Shown here piece by piece: positions 27,058-35,627 of a DNA stretch of 64,000 nt. The DNA is from Candidatus Omnitrophota bacterium (GTDB lineage Bacteria; Omnitrophota; Gorgyraeia; Gygaellales; Profunditerraquicolaceae), in NCBI GenBank assembly GCA_041649115.1, contig JBAZNT010000010.1, forward strand, positions 3,979-67,978. The letters run 5' to 3'. Both the position numbers and the translations under genes were made by a program. Positions within the stretch are counted from its first letter, which is position 1, and each line of letters opens with the position of its first letter. A model generated the notes under the pieces. That model saw nothing but the letters and a program-made list of their open reading frames with translations, made no database searches and was not told where the DNA came from.

Positions 27058-28502
27058 GGCTTATCTTTGAGAAACATAAAGAGGGGAGGCGGGGTTTTTC
27101 TTATGCCAAGTCCGGCATCCCCGCAGCCAGGCCGCTCGAAGCAAAATACCGGCGTAAAGATAACCTGCACCTGGCCTCATTGAGCGAACTGGACGTGGTG
27201 CGTCATTACACAAACCTCTCAAGGTTAAATTTTTCGGTAGATACTAATTTTTATCCCCTCGGCTCCTGCACTATGAAATATAACCCCAAGTTTACCGAGC
27301 GTATCGCAGGCCTGGAAGGTTTCTCGGGGGTTCATCCCCTGCTGCCGCAGCTTTCGGGGGGCGGGATGCTGGCACAGGGTTCGCTTGAGGTGCTTCATGC
27401 AACTGAGCGGCTCCTGGCTGAGATCACCGGGATGTGCGCTTTCACGATGCAGCCTTTGGCAGGCGCCCACGGCGAACTCACAGGCGCAATGCTCATCGCC
27501 GCATACCATAAGGATAAGGGCGCACGCCGCAGGTATGTTATCGTACCGGATTCCTCCCACGGCACTAACCCTGCCAGCGCCGCTATCGCAGGTTATGAGG
27601 TAAAGGTAATTAAGACCTCTCCCGAAGGTTATATGGATATGCAGGAATATAAAAAATCCCTGGATAAGGATACTGCGGCAGTGATGTTGACCTGCCCGGA
27701 TACGTTGGGGATTTTTAACCCCCGCATAAAAGAGATCGCCGATATGGCGCATGAGGTGGGGGCATTGATGTATTACGACGGGGCAAACCTGAATGCCCTT
27801 CTCGGCAAGGCCCGGCCGGGAGATATGGGTTTTGATGTCGTGCACATCAATCTGCATAAGACATTCTCTACCCCGCACGGCGGAGGCGGCCCGGGTTCCG
27901 GACCTGTCGGGGTAAGCGAGAGGGTGGTTGGTTTCCTGCCGATTCCCCGCGTCGTCAAGAGAAGCGACGGCACATACGCCCTGGATTATCACCGCCATAA
28001 GACAATCGGTTATATCGCTCCGTTTTACGGAAACTTTGGGGTAATCCTGAAGGCATATGCCTATATGCTGCGATTGGGCAAAGAGGGGTTGATTGAGGCT
28101 GCCGAGGCAGCCGTCTTGAACGCCAATTATTGCCTGGTCAAGCTTAAAGATTACTACGACCTTGCTTTTGATAAGACCTGTATGCATGAATGCGTTTTTT
28201 CCGCCTCCCGCCAGGTTAAGAACGGGGTTCACGCCATAGACATAGCAAAATATCTCATTGACCGCGGATATCATCCTCCCACTGTTTACTTTCCCCTTAT
28301 TGTCAAAGAGGCGTTGATGATTGAGCCGACGGAGACGGAATCCAAGGAGACGCTCGACGCCTTCATTGATACCATGGTTGAGATCGCCCGTTTAGCGGAG
28401 AATGACCCTGCTCGCCTCAAAGAAGCTCCTCTTCGGATGCCGGTCAAACGCCTTGACGAGACTAAAGCCGCGCGCGAGCCAAACCTCCGCTGGCAGCCTT
28501 AG
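27054..28502 (+). CDS. gcvPB: Glycine dehydrogenase (decarboxylating) subunit 2
   Basis: 482 aa. The PLP-lysine context is NLHKTFSTPHGGGGPG. Its start overlaps the gcvPA stop (ATGA). Confidence 0.95.
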   Translation: MRLIFEKHKEGRRGFSYAKSGIPAARPLEAKYRRKDNLHLASLSELDVVRHYTNLSRLNFSVDTNFYPLGSCTMKYNPKFTERIAGLEGFSGVHPLLPQLSGGGMLAQGSLEVLHATERLLAEITGMCAFTMQPLAGAHGELTGAMLIAAYHKDKGARRRYVIVPDSSHGTNPASAAIAGYEVKVIKTSPEGYMDMQEYKKSLDKDTAAVMLTCPDTLGIFNPRIKEIADMAHEVGALMYYDGANLNALLGKARPGDMGFDVVHINLHKTFSTPHGGGGPGSGPVGVSERVVGFLPIPRVVKRSDGTYALDYHRHKTIGYIAPFYGNFGVILKAYAYMLRLGKEGLIEAAEAAVLNANYCLVKLKDYYDLAFDKTCMHECVFSASRQVKNGVHAIDIAKYLIDRGYHPPTVYFPLIVKEALMIEPTETESKETLDAFIDTMVEIARLAENDPARLKEAPLRMPVKRLDETKAAREPNLRWQP

Positions 28503-28516
28503 CGCCAAGATAATAT

Positions 28517-29260
28517 ATGAAAAACTTCAGGCTTATCCGTTCCCCCGCGGCATCTGCCTCTTACAACATGTCGATGGATGAGGCTATTTTTAACCGTTAC
28601 CTCAAAGACGGCGTACCGGTACTTAGAATTTACCGTTGGCAGTCCCCCTCTTTTACCTGCGGATTTTCCCAGTCTCTGGATGGCGAATTAGACCTTAGGA
28701 GTTGCGCTTCTTGCGGCGTTGAAGCCGTAAAAAGAATGACGGGAGGGGGCGTCCTTATGCATCACGATGAGATAACCTACAGCTTCGTTTGCAATAAAGA
28801 GGATGTCGGAGAGCCAGAGGGTGTTTTTGTGTCTTACCGCGAGATTTGTGCCTTTCTCATTAGGTTTTACAGGTCCCTTGGACTGGAGGCGGGTTTTGCG
28901 CTGGAATCCCGCGGTTTTAAAGACCGGTGCGCCCCGCATGCGCTTTGCAGCGTATCGCATGAGAAATACGATATTGTTATTAACGGGAAAAAAATCGGGG
29001 GAAACGCCCAGAAAAGGAAAAGGCAGGTTATATTTCAGCACGGTTCCATTCCGCGCAGCATTGACTGGGCTCTTATGCGCCGTTGTTTAAGGAGCGTTCC
29101 CGAAGGCGCGGAATCGGCCGTGACGGCGCTCTCTGCGGAATTAGCCTCCGTGCCGCAAGAAGATGTCCTGGAGGGGATGCTTATCAGCGCATTCTCAGAG
29201 ACCTTTGGCGTAAAATTTATATTTGAAGATGAACCTCTCCTTGAAGCCAGCGTGGCTTAA
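28517..29260 (+). CDS. Lipoate-protein ligase / octanoyltransferase family protein (LplA catalytic-domain or LipM-like)
   Basis: 247 aa with a BPL/LplA/LipB fold. The catalytic Lys block is INGKKIGGNAQ. There is no LplA C-terminal accessory domain. Confidence 0.8.
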   Translation: MKNFRLIRSPAASASYNMSMDEAIFNRYLKDGVPVLRIYRWQSPSFTCGFSQSLDGELDLRSCASCGVEAVKRMTGGGVLMHHDEITYSFVCNKEDVGEPEGVFVSYREICAFLIRFYRSLGLEAGFALESRGFKDRCAPHALCSVSHEKYDIVINGKKIGGNAQKRKRQVIFQHGSIPRSIDWALMRRCLRSVPEGAESAVTALSAELASVPQEDVLEGMLISAFSETFGVKFIFEDEPLLEASVA

Positions 29261-30098
29261 TAAAAAAGTCAGCCTTAAGTCCTGCTTAGAGATGAAGGGC
29301 TTTCTGCGCAACGCGCGCATTGAGACGGTATGCGAACAGGCGATGTGCCCGAATATCGGAGAGTGTTTTTCGCGCCGCCAGGCAACATTCCTGATACTCG
29401 GCAGGTATTGCACGCGCGGGTGCAGCTTCTGCAATATTGCCAAGGGGCTGCCTTCTGCGCCTGAACCCGATGAGCCTGCCAGGGTTGCGGAGGCGGTGGC
29501 GCGCCTTTCGCTTATCCACGCGGTCATTACCAGCGTTACCCGCGATGACCTGCCGGATGGAGGGGCAGGGATGTTCGTTGAGACGGTTTTGTCTATCCGC
29601 AGGCGCTGCGGAGGCGTAAGTATCGAGATTTTAATCCCGGATTTTAATCTTAACCAGGATGCGATTAAGGCCGTAGCCGGCTCCCCGGCCGACATCGTCG
29701 CGCATAACATTGAGACCGTCCCGGCGCTTTACCGGCTCGTGCGTCAGGGTTCTGATTATTCACGTTCGCTGAAAGTGCTGGAGGAAATAAAAAAGATATC
29801 GCCTCATCTAAAGACCAAGTCCGGCTTAATGCTTGGGTTAGGAGAGAACCGGCAGGAGGTTGTTTCCGCGGTGCATGACCTGCGCCTGGCAGGGTGCGAT
29901 TTTTTAAGCATCGGCCAGTATCTTGCCCCCAGCAGGAGTCATTATCCTGTTAAGGAATACGTTTCTCCGGAGATGTTTGCGCAGTACAAGGATATGGCGT
30001 TAGAGGCAGGATTTTTACACGTTGAAAGCGGCCCTTATGTACGCAGCTCTTATCTGGCCGGCGAGTATCTCAAGGATGTCCAGGATGAGCAGGAATAA
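29223..30098 (+). CDS. lipA: Lipoyl synthase (start may be ATG 29229)
   Basis: The N-terminal cluster Cys residues are CEQAMCPNIGEC. The radical-SAM motif is CTRGCSFC. The C-terminal block is RSSY. Confidence 0.95.
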   Translation: MKMNLSLKPAWLNKKVSLKSCLEMKGFLRNARIETVCEQAMCPNIGECFSRRQATFLILGRYCTRGCSFCNIAKGLPSAPEPDEPARVAEAVARLSLIHAVITSVTRDDLPDGGAGMFVETVLSIRRRCGGVSIEILIPDFNLNQDAIKAVAGSPADIVAHNIETVPALYRLVRQGSDYSRSLKVLEEIKKISPHLKTKSGLMLGLGENRQEVVSAVHDLRLAGCDFLSIGQYLAPSRSHYPVKEYVSPEMFAQYKDMALEAGFLHVESGPYVRSSYLAGEYLKDVQDEQE

Positions 30099-30921
30099 GG
30101 GCTTCATTGAACATTCGGTCATGGACGCCCTGTCTTTTATGAAGGATTCGCTTTTTGCGGATGAATACGCCATGAAAAATGGCTTCCTGCAGTCACTCGA
30201 TGCCAGGATTAAGGCGGCAACGTTTATATTTATTATTATCCAGGCAATCCTTGCCAGCAAGATAGCTATTTTATTATGGCTTTACGCGTTTTCCTTGCTG
30301 TTATCGGTTATCTCCGACATACGCCTGGGGTTTTTTATAAAAAGAACCTGGATATTCATACCTCTGTTTTCGCTTTTTATTGCGCTGCCGGCTTTGTTTA
30401 GTTTCTTTACGCCCGGCGAACCGCTATTCACGTTCGGCATAGCCGCTTTTAAACTGACCGTTACCCGTCAGGGCGCCTTGACGGCGGCCTTGTTTGTAAC
30501 GCGCGTTGCCACCTGCGTTTCGTACGTCGTCCTTCTTAGTATCACTACCAGGCATTTTGAGCTCTTAAAGGTCCTGCGCACCTTTAAGATACCGCAGGTC
30601 TTCGTGATGACGCTTGGCATCTGTTACCGTTACATCTATCTTTTTATCGGCATAATCGAGAATACGTACCTGGCCATCAGGAGCCGAGTCGGGACAAGGA
30701 TCCATTACGCGAAAGGGCAGCGTATCGTGGCCTGGAATATAGGCGCCCTTTGGCAGCGTTCTTATAAGCTAAACGATGACGTATATAAGGCGATGCTTTC
30801 CAGGGGCTATAGCGGCGAGCCGGTTATCCTGGAGGAGTTCAGGGCCCGGCCCAGGGATTGGGTGTGGTTTTTTGGTATAGTGGTAATTTCTGTTTTGCTG
30901 CTACTAATAGGCAGAAAATAA
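30085..30921 (+). CDS. cbiQ: ECF transporter transmembrane (T) component CbiQ/NikQ (start 30076 or 30085)
   Basis: The protein is polytopic. CbiQ-type blocks are present (RHFELLKVLRTFKIP, AIRSRVG). The gene overlaps the 3' end of lipA by 14-23 nt. The longer tracked ORF (30022) runs deeper into lipA. Confidence 0.8.
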   Translation: MSRNKGFIEHSVMDALSFMKDSLFADEYAMKNGFLQSLDARIKAATFIFIIIQAILASKIAILLWLYAFSLLLSVISDIRLGFFIKRTWIFIPLFSLFIALPALFSFFTPGEPLFTFGIAAFKLTVTRQGALTAALFVTRVATCVSYVVLLSITTRHFELLKVLRTFKIPQVFVMTLGICYRYIYLFIGIIENTYLAIRSRVGTRIHYAKGQRIVAWNIGALWQRSYKLNDDVYKAMLSRGYSGEPVILEEFRARPRDWVWFFGIVVISVLLLLIGRK

Positions 30922-30928
30922 AAACTCC

Positions 30929-31723
30929 ATGGCAGATATAATATTCGAGCTAAAGGACGTTTATTTTTCTTATCTCGGGAGGTTTCCTGCCCTCTCGGGC
31001 GTGAATGTTGAAATCAAGAGGGGGGAGAAGGTTGCGTTTATCGGGGCCAACGGCTCAGGCAAGTCTACCCTTCTGCACATGCTCGACGGCCTCATCTTCC
31101 CCGAGAGAGGGGTAATCAGGGCCTTTGGGGAATCCTTAAAGGAAAGTGCGTTTGGCGATGAAAAATTCTCGAGAAGCTTCAGGAAAAGGGTGGGCTTGGT
31201 TTTTCAGAATCCCGATATCCAGTTATTCTGCCCTACCGTCAGAGAGGATATCCTATTCGGACCTCTGCAGCTGGAAATGGATAGGCAAGATATTGAGGAG
31301 AATCTCGCGGAGATAGTCGACGCCTTGAGGATCGGCGATTTATTGCAAAGGTCGCCTTATCAGCTTAGCATCGGCGAGAAACGCAAGGTTGCGATTGCCG
31401 CGGTGCTTTTAATTGATCCGGACGTCCTGATACTTGACGAGCCGACCGCGGGGCTTGATCCGCTTACCACCAGGCACATCTTGGATTTTCTTATTCAGGC
31501 GAATGCCTCTGGCAAGACGGTCGTTACCGCTACCCATGACCTGCATATCGTAGAGGAGATATCGGACATAGTCCACGTGGTTAGCCAGGACAGGAAGATA
31601 GTGCGTTCCGGCAGCCCGGATGAAATCCTGAAGGATTCTATGCTCCTGGAGAGCAATAATCTTGCGCATATCCACGCCCACCGGCACGGGGACAAGACCC
31701 ACGTGCATACGCATCAACACTGA
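30929..31723 (+). CDS. cbiO: ECF transporter ATPase CbiO/NikO with a His-rich C-terminal tail
   Basis: Walker A is GANGSGKST. The signature is LSIGEKRKV. Walker B is LILDEPTAGLD. The last 20 residues, LAHIHAHRHGDKTHVHTHQH, contain 9 His. Confidence 0.9.
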   Translation: MADIIFELKDVYFSYLGRFPALSGVNVEIKRGEKVAFIGANGSGKSTLLHMLDGLIFPERGVIRAFGESLKESAFGDEKFSRSFRKRVGLVFQNPDIQLFCPTVREDILFGPLQLEMDRQDIEENLAEIVDALRIGDLLQRSPYQLSIGEKRKVAIAAVLLIDPDVLILDEPTAGLDPLTTRHILDFLIQANASGKTVVTATHDLHIVEEISDIVHVVSQDRKIVRSGSPDEILKDSMLLESNNLAHIHAHRHGDKTHVHTHQH

Positions 31724-31729
31724 TAGATA

Positions 31730-31803
31730 GGGACGGTTCTCAAGGTGAAGCTAACCTGTCCCCTAATAGGGGACAGGTTAAGAACGACTTAAGAACCGTC
31801 CCC
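31730..31803 (+). terminator. Nested double inverted repeat (probable strong bidirectional-type terminator hairpin)
   Basis: The outer arms are 11 bp: GGGACGGTTCT (31730-31740) and AGAACCGTCCC (31792-31802). They enclose a perfect 14+14 palindrome, TAACCTGTCCCCTA-A-TAGGGGACAGGTTA (31752-31780). The sequence GCTATTTT follows. Confidence 0.6.
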
Positions 31804-31898
31804 GCTATTTTAAAGAAAATCTATTGTCCCGCCCATGTGCCTATGTTAAGATAATAGGGCTTTATTCTTAAGACAACCTCAAAATACGGAGGCAAGCT

Positions 31899-32639
31899 AT
31901 GAACTTTGTCTGGGCAGTAACCGCGAGCGTGTTATTGAGCTTGATTTCCCTGATAGGCATCTTTAGTATTCTCCTTAAGGAAAAATTGCTGGAGCGGATT
32001 CTTCTGCTCTTGGTGGGTTTTTCTGCCGGCGGACTTATCGGAGGGGCATTCCTGCATCTTCTGCCCGAGGCCCTGGAACAGAGTAACCCCGGAAGCGTCT
32101 TCCTGTATACCATTTTGGGTTTTCTGTTTTTTTTCATACTGGAACGCTACCTGCATTGGCGTCACTGCCATAAGGAGCACTGCACCATCCACGCCTTTAC
32201 CTACCTTAATCTTATCGGGGACGGCATACATAATTTTACCGACGGCTTGGTTATCGGGGCCAGCTTCATCGTCAGCATCAACTTTGGGATAATTACTACG
32301 CTGGTGCTTGTATTCCACGAGATACCGCAGGAGATCGGGGATTTCGGGATTTTGGTGTACGGCGGATTCAGCAAGTCCAAGGCCCTTACTTACAATTTTA
32401 TATCTGCGCTTACCTGTGTCTTGGGTACGATAGCGGGTTATTATCTTAGTTCTGCAATCGGGAACTTTTCGTCTTTACTTCTCCCTATCACCGCCGGGGG
32501 GTTTATTTATATCGCTGCCTGCGACCTGATACCGGAGCTGCATAAAGAACCGGAATTAAAACGCGCCACCATTTCGGTAGCGGCGTTTTGCTGCGGGATA
32601 TTATTCATCCTGCTTACCGGGCTTATGCGCGGCCATTAG
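31899..32639 (+). CDS. ZIP family divalent metal (zinc) transporter
   Basis: 246 aa with eight TM segments. The ZIP signature is HNFTDGLVIG...HEIPQEIGDF. Confidence 0.88.
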   Translation: MNFVWAVTASVLLSLISLIGIFSILLKEKLLERILLLLVGFSAGGLIGGAFLHLLPEALEQSNPGSVFLYTILGFLFFFILERYLHWRHCHKEHCTIHAFTYLNLIGDGIHNFTDGLVIGASFIVSINFGIITTLVLVFHEIPQEIGDFGILVYGGFSKSKALTYNFISALTCVLGTIAGYYLSSAIGNFSSLLLPITAGGFIYIAACDLIPELHKEPELKRATISVAAFCCGILFILLTGLMRGH

Positions 32640-32664
32640 GCATGCCGGGGCAATAGGAAGAGCC

Positions 32665-32898
32665 ATGAAAAAGATTTCTTTAGTCCAGATGAAAGAGAAT
32701 CAAAAAGGCAAGGTTGCCGAGGTGCTCGGGGGCAGCTCCCTGCAGCACCGTATGATGAGCCTCGGCGTTTATCCGGGGAGCAATATCACCAAACTCAGCC
32801 ATTTCGCCCTGCGGGGGCCGGTTGCCGTAAAGGTCGGCCGCGCAGTGTTGGCGCTGGGGCACGGCATGGCCTCTAAGGTCATCGTTTCGCTGGAATGA
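32665..32898 (+). CDS. feoA: Ferrous iron transport protein A
   Basis: 77 aa. FeoA SH3-like blocks are present (LVQMKENQKGKV, GVYPGSNI). Confidence 0.85.
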   Translation: MKKISLVQMKENQKGKVAEVLGGSSLQHRMMSLGVYPGSNITKLSHFALRGPVAVKVGRAVLALGHGMASKVIVSLE

Positions 32899-34625
32899 TA
32901 AAAAGGGTTTTCCTGATAGGCAATCCCAATGTCGGAAAGAGCGTAGTATTCTCCCGCCTCACCGGGGTCCACGTAGTCTCCTCTAATTATCCCGGCACAA
33001 CCGTAGAAATATCGCGCGGTTACCTCAAAATAGCAAATGACAGGCTTGAGGTAATTGACCTTCCGGGGACATACTCCCTCCAGCCGAGCTCCAGGGCCGA
33101 AGAGGTCGCCGTATCTTTATTAAAGGATAACCAGCGCCATGAGATGGCGGTAGTCAATGTTGTCGATGCCACTAACCTTGAGAGGAACCTGTTTCTTACC
33201 CTGCAGTTGATCGAGGAGGGGTATCCGGTGGTGGTGTGTTTAAATATGTGCGATGATACCGCGCACCGCGGCATTAACATCGATGCGGCAAGATTGTCCG
33301 AGATGCTCGGGGTAGCGGTTATACCGACCTGCGGGCTTACCGGTTCAGGGGTCAAACCCCTGATAGAGGCTATTAGAAACGCCAGGACCTCTGGAGGCAA
33401 GGAACGCACGCACCTGGAGCGTTGGCAGGAGATCGGCAGGATAGTGGAAGAGACGCAACACCTTAGCCACCGCCACCATAACCTGAGGGAAATCCTGGAG
33501 GACGCCTCGCTTAGGCCGTTCAGCGGTATGCTGATTGCGTCGCTGGTTATTTACGCCTCATTTAGGTTTGTGCGTTTTCTTGCCGAGTGGCTTATTGCAA
33601 ATGTTTTTGACCCGGCCTTCTACGATATCTACCAGCCGTTGCTTATCAAAATCAGCTCGGCCCTGGGCTCGGGAGGTTTTCTGCACCATCTTCTTATCGG
33701 GGAATTAATAGACGGCAGGATTGATTTTAAACAGTCCCTGGGGTTACTCACCACCGCCCCTTACATCGAGATTGCAATGGTCCTGCCGTACATTATTTCT
33801 TTCTATCTGGTTCTGGGGATCCTTGAAGACGTGGGTTTTCTGCCGCGCCTTGCGATGCTCCTGGATAATATCCTGCACCGGCTCGGGCTGCACGGCTTCA
33901 CGATTATACCGATTCTCCTTGGTTTTGGCTGCAATGTCCCGGGCATAATCGCCACGCGCGTCTTGGAATCACGCAGGGAGCGTTTTATAGCAGCCACTAT
34001 TATCGCTATCGGAGTGCCTTGCGTGCCTCTGCAGGCGATGATTTTCGGATTCTTAGGAAAGTTCGGGGGATTATACGTAGCCAGCGTTTATCTGACGCTG
34101 CTGTTGGTTATAATATTATTAGGAATGATCCTGAACCGCTTCTTGAAAGGATATAGCCCGGAGTTCCTGCTGGAGATCCCGCCTTACAGATTGCCGCCGC
34201 TGTCGATACTCTTTAAGAAGCTGTATTTTCGCATCAAGGGTTTTTTAATCGATGCGATGCCGGTGGTGCTGCTGGGGGTCCTGGTGATAAATATCCTTTT
34301 ATTTCTGAAGCTCTTTGATTTGTTTACCATGGCATTCGAGCCTCTTATAAAAGGGTTATTCGGTTTACCTAAAGAAGCAGTGGTGGGATTGGCAATAGGA
34401 TTCCTGCGTAAAGACGTGGCAGTAGGCATGCTTATGCCCCTGGGGCTTTCCGTCAAGCAACTTTTTATTGCTACCGCGCTTCTGGCGATGTCATTTCCAT
34501 GCGTGGCGACCTTTGCCGTGCTTCTAAAGGAACTGGGGCTTAAGGATTTCCTGAAATCCGTGTTTGTGATGTTGGCAGTAGGCACGATAGCAGGGACGTT
34601 GCTTAATATTCTGATTCCGGGATGA
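32895..34625 (+). CDS. feoB: Ferrous iron transport protein B (short form)
   Basis: The N-terminal G-domain has GNPNVGKS, DLPGTYSL and NMCD. A polytopic permease domain follows. The start overlaps the feoA stop (ATGA). Confidence 0.92.
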   Translation: MIKRVFLIGNPNVGKSVVFSRLTGVHVVSSNYPGTTVEISRGYLKIANDRLEVIDLPGTYSLQPSSRAEEVAVSLLKDNQRHEMAVVNVVDATNLERNLFLTLQLIEEGYPVVVCLNMCDDTAHRGINIDAARLSEMLGVAVIPTCGLTGSGVKPLIEAIRNARTSGGKERTHLERWQEIGRIVEETQHLSHRHHNLREILEDASLRPFSGMLIASLVIYASFRFVRFLAEWLIANVFDPAFYDIYQPLLIKISSALGSGGFLHHLLIGELIDGRIDFKQSLGLLTTAPYIEIAMVLPYIISFYLVLGILEDVGFLPRLAMLLDNILHRLGLHGFTIIPILLGFGCNVPGIIATRVLESRRERFIAATIIAIGVPCVPLQAMIFGFLGKFGGLYVASVYLTLLLVIILLGMILNRFLKGYSPEFLLEIPPYRLPPLSILFKKLYFRIKGFLIDAMPVVLLGVLVINILLFLKLFDLFTMAFEPLIKGLFGLPKEAVVGLAIGFLRKDVAVGMLMPLGLSVKQLFIATALLAMSFPCVATFAVLLKELGLKDFLKSVFVMLAVGTIAGTLLNILIPG

Positions 34626-35626
34626 AAGCCATAGCCTTGATTTCCGGAGGCCTGGATAGCCTGGTGGCTGTTTCTTTGGTCAAGAAGCAGGGAGTAGCAG
34701 TTACGCCGCTTTATTTTAAAACCCCTTTCTCTAAACGCGATAAAAATCCTAAACTGAATTCCGAGGAATCCCTGCGTAAGCGCCTGGCAGCTCTCGGCCT
34801 TAAACTTGAAACCATAGATATCTCGGGTGCTTTCCTGAAGATGCTCCTGGAGCCTCCTCACGGTTTCGGCTCAAATATGAACCCCTGCATTGATTGTAAG
34901 ATAACGATGCTTTCCATGGCCAGGGAGCTCATGCCCAAGATAGGGGCAAGCTTTGTGTTTACCGGGGAGGTGCTGGGGCAGAGGCCGATGTCCCAGAACA
35001 GGAGGACGATGGAGCTGATCGAGGAATCTTGCGGGTTAAAGGGCTTTTTGCTTAGGCCTTTATCTGCCAGACTGCTTGAAGAGACCATCCCTGAGAGAGA
35101 AGGCTGGGTAAGACGGGATAAATTATTAGGGATAAGCGGCAGGGGGCGCCGGCCGCAGATGGAGCTGGCCAGAGGCCTCGGCATAAAAGACTATCCTAAC
35201 GCTGCCGGAGGGTGCCTTTTGACAGATGCCGGATTTTCCGGGCGCTTAAAAGAGCTTGTTATCCACCGCGAATTGAATGCGCGCACTGCAGAGTTGTTAA
35301 AGCTGGGGAGGCATTTTCGTCTTTCGCCGCGGGCTAAACTTATTGTGGGAAGAAACGAAGAAGAGAACAATGCGCTTGTTGCCATGGCAGCGGAAGGGGA
35401 TTACTTATTTATGCCTGCAGATGATATGGCAGGGCCTAGCTCTATCGGGCTGGGAGAATTTGACTCGGGGTTGGTTGAGCTCTCCTGCGCCGTTACGTGC
35501 CGTTACTGTGATTTGCAGGGCGAGGGGGGTGCCGAGATATTTTACCGGAGGCTCCCGCAGGAAAAGAGGGTTTCGTTTCCAACGCGCCCCCTGGACGATA
35601 AGCACCTGGCCGCCTTAAGGATATGA
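34622..35626 (+). CDS. PP-loop ATP pyrophosphatase, ThiI/MnmA-like sulfurtransferase family (no THUMP domain)
   Basis: The PP-loop is SGGLDS at residues 8-13. A CxxC is present (NPCIDCK). A ThiI-like block is TGEVLGQRPMSQ. Confidence 0.65.
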   Translation: MKAIALISGGLDSLVAVSLVKKQGVAVTPLYFKTPFSKRDKNPKLNSEESLRKRLAALGLKLETIDISGAFLKMLLEPPHGFGSNMNPCIDCKITMLSMARELMPKIGASFVFTGEVLGQRPMSQNRRTMELIEESCGLKGFLLRPLSARLLEETIPEREGWVRRDKLLGISGRGRRPQMELARGLGIKDYPNAAGGCLLTDAGFSGRLKELVIHRELNARTAELLKLGRHFRLSPRAKLIVGRNEEENNALVAMAAEGDYLFMPADDMAGPSSIGLGEFDSGLVELSCAVTCRYCDLQGEGGAEIFYRRLPQEKRVSFPTRPLDDKHLAALRI

Positions 35627-35627
35627 T

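Noticed and set aside
27225-28274. A long antisense ORF of 349 aa. Similar antisense ORFs are at 482-1189, 12340-13149, 14785-15576, 25885-26664, 34184-34861, 43844-44416 and 45375-46061.
   Set aside because: All lie entirely opposite genes with strong, motif-supported identities (gcvPB, GT2, LpxL-like, permease, gcvPA, feoB, rubredoxin/PNPOx, trxB). Their translations are low-complexity and rich in Arg, Pro and Ser, with no recognisable motif. They are typical shadow ORFs.
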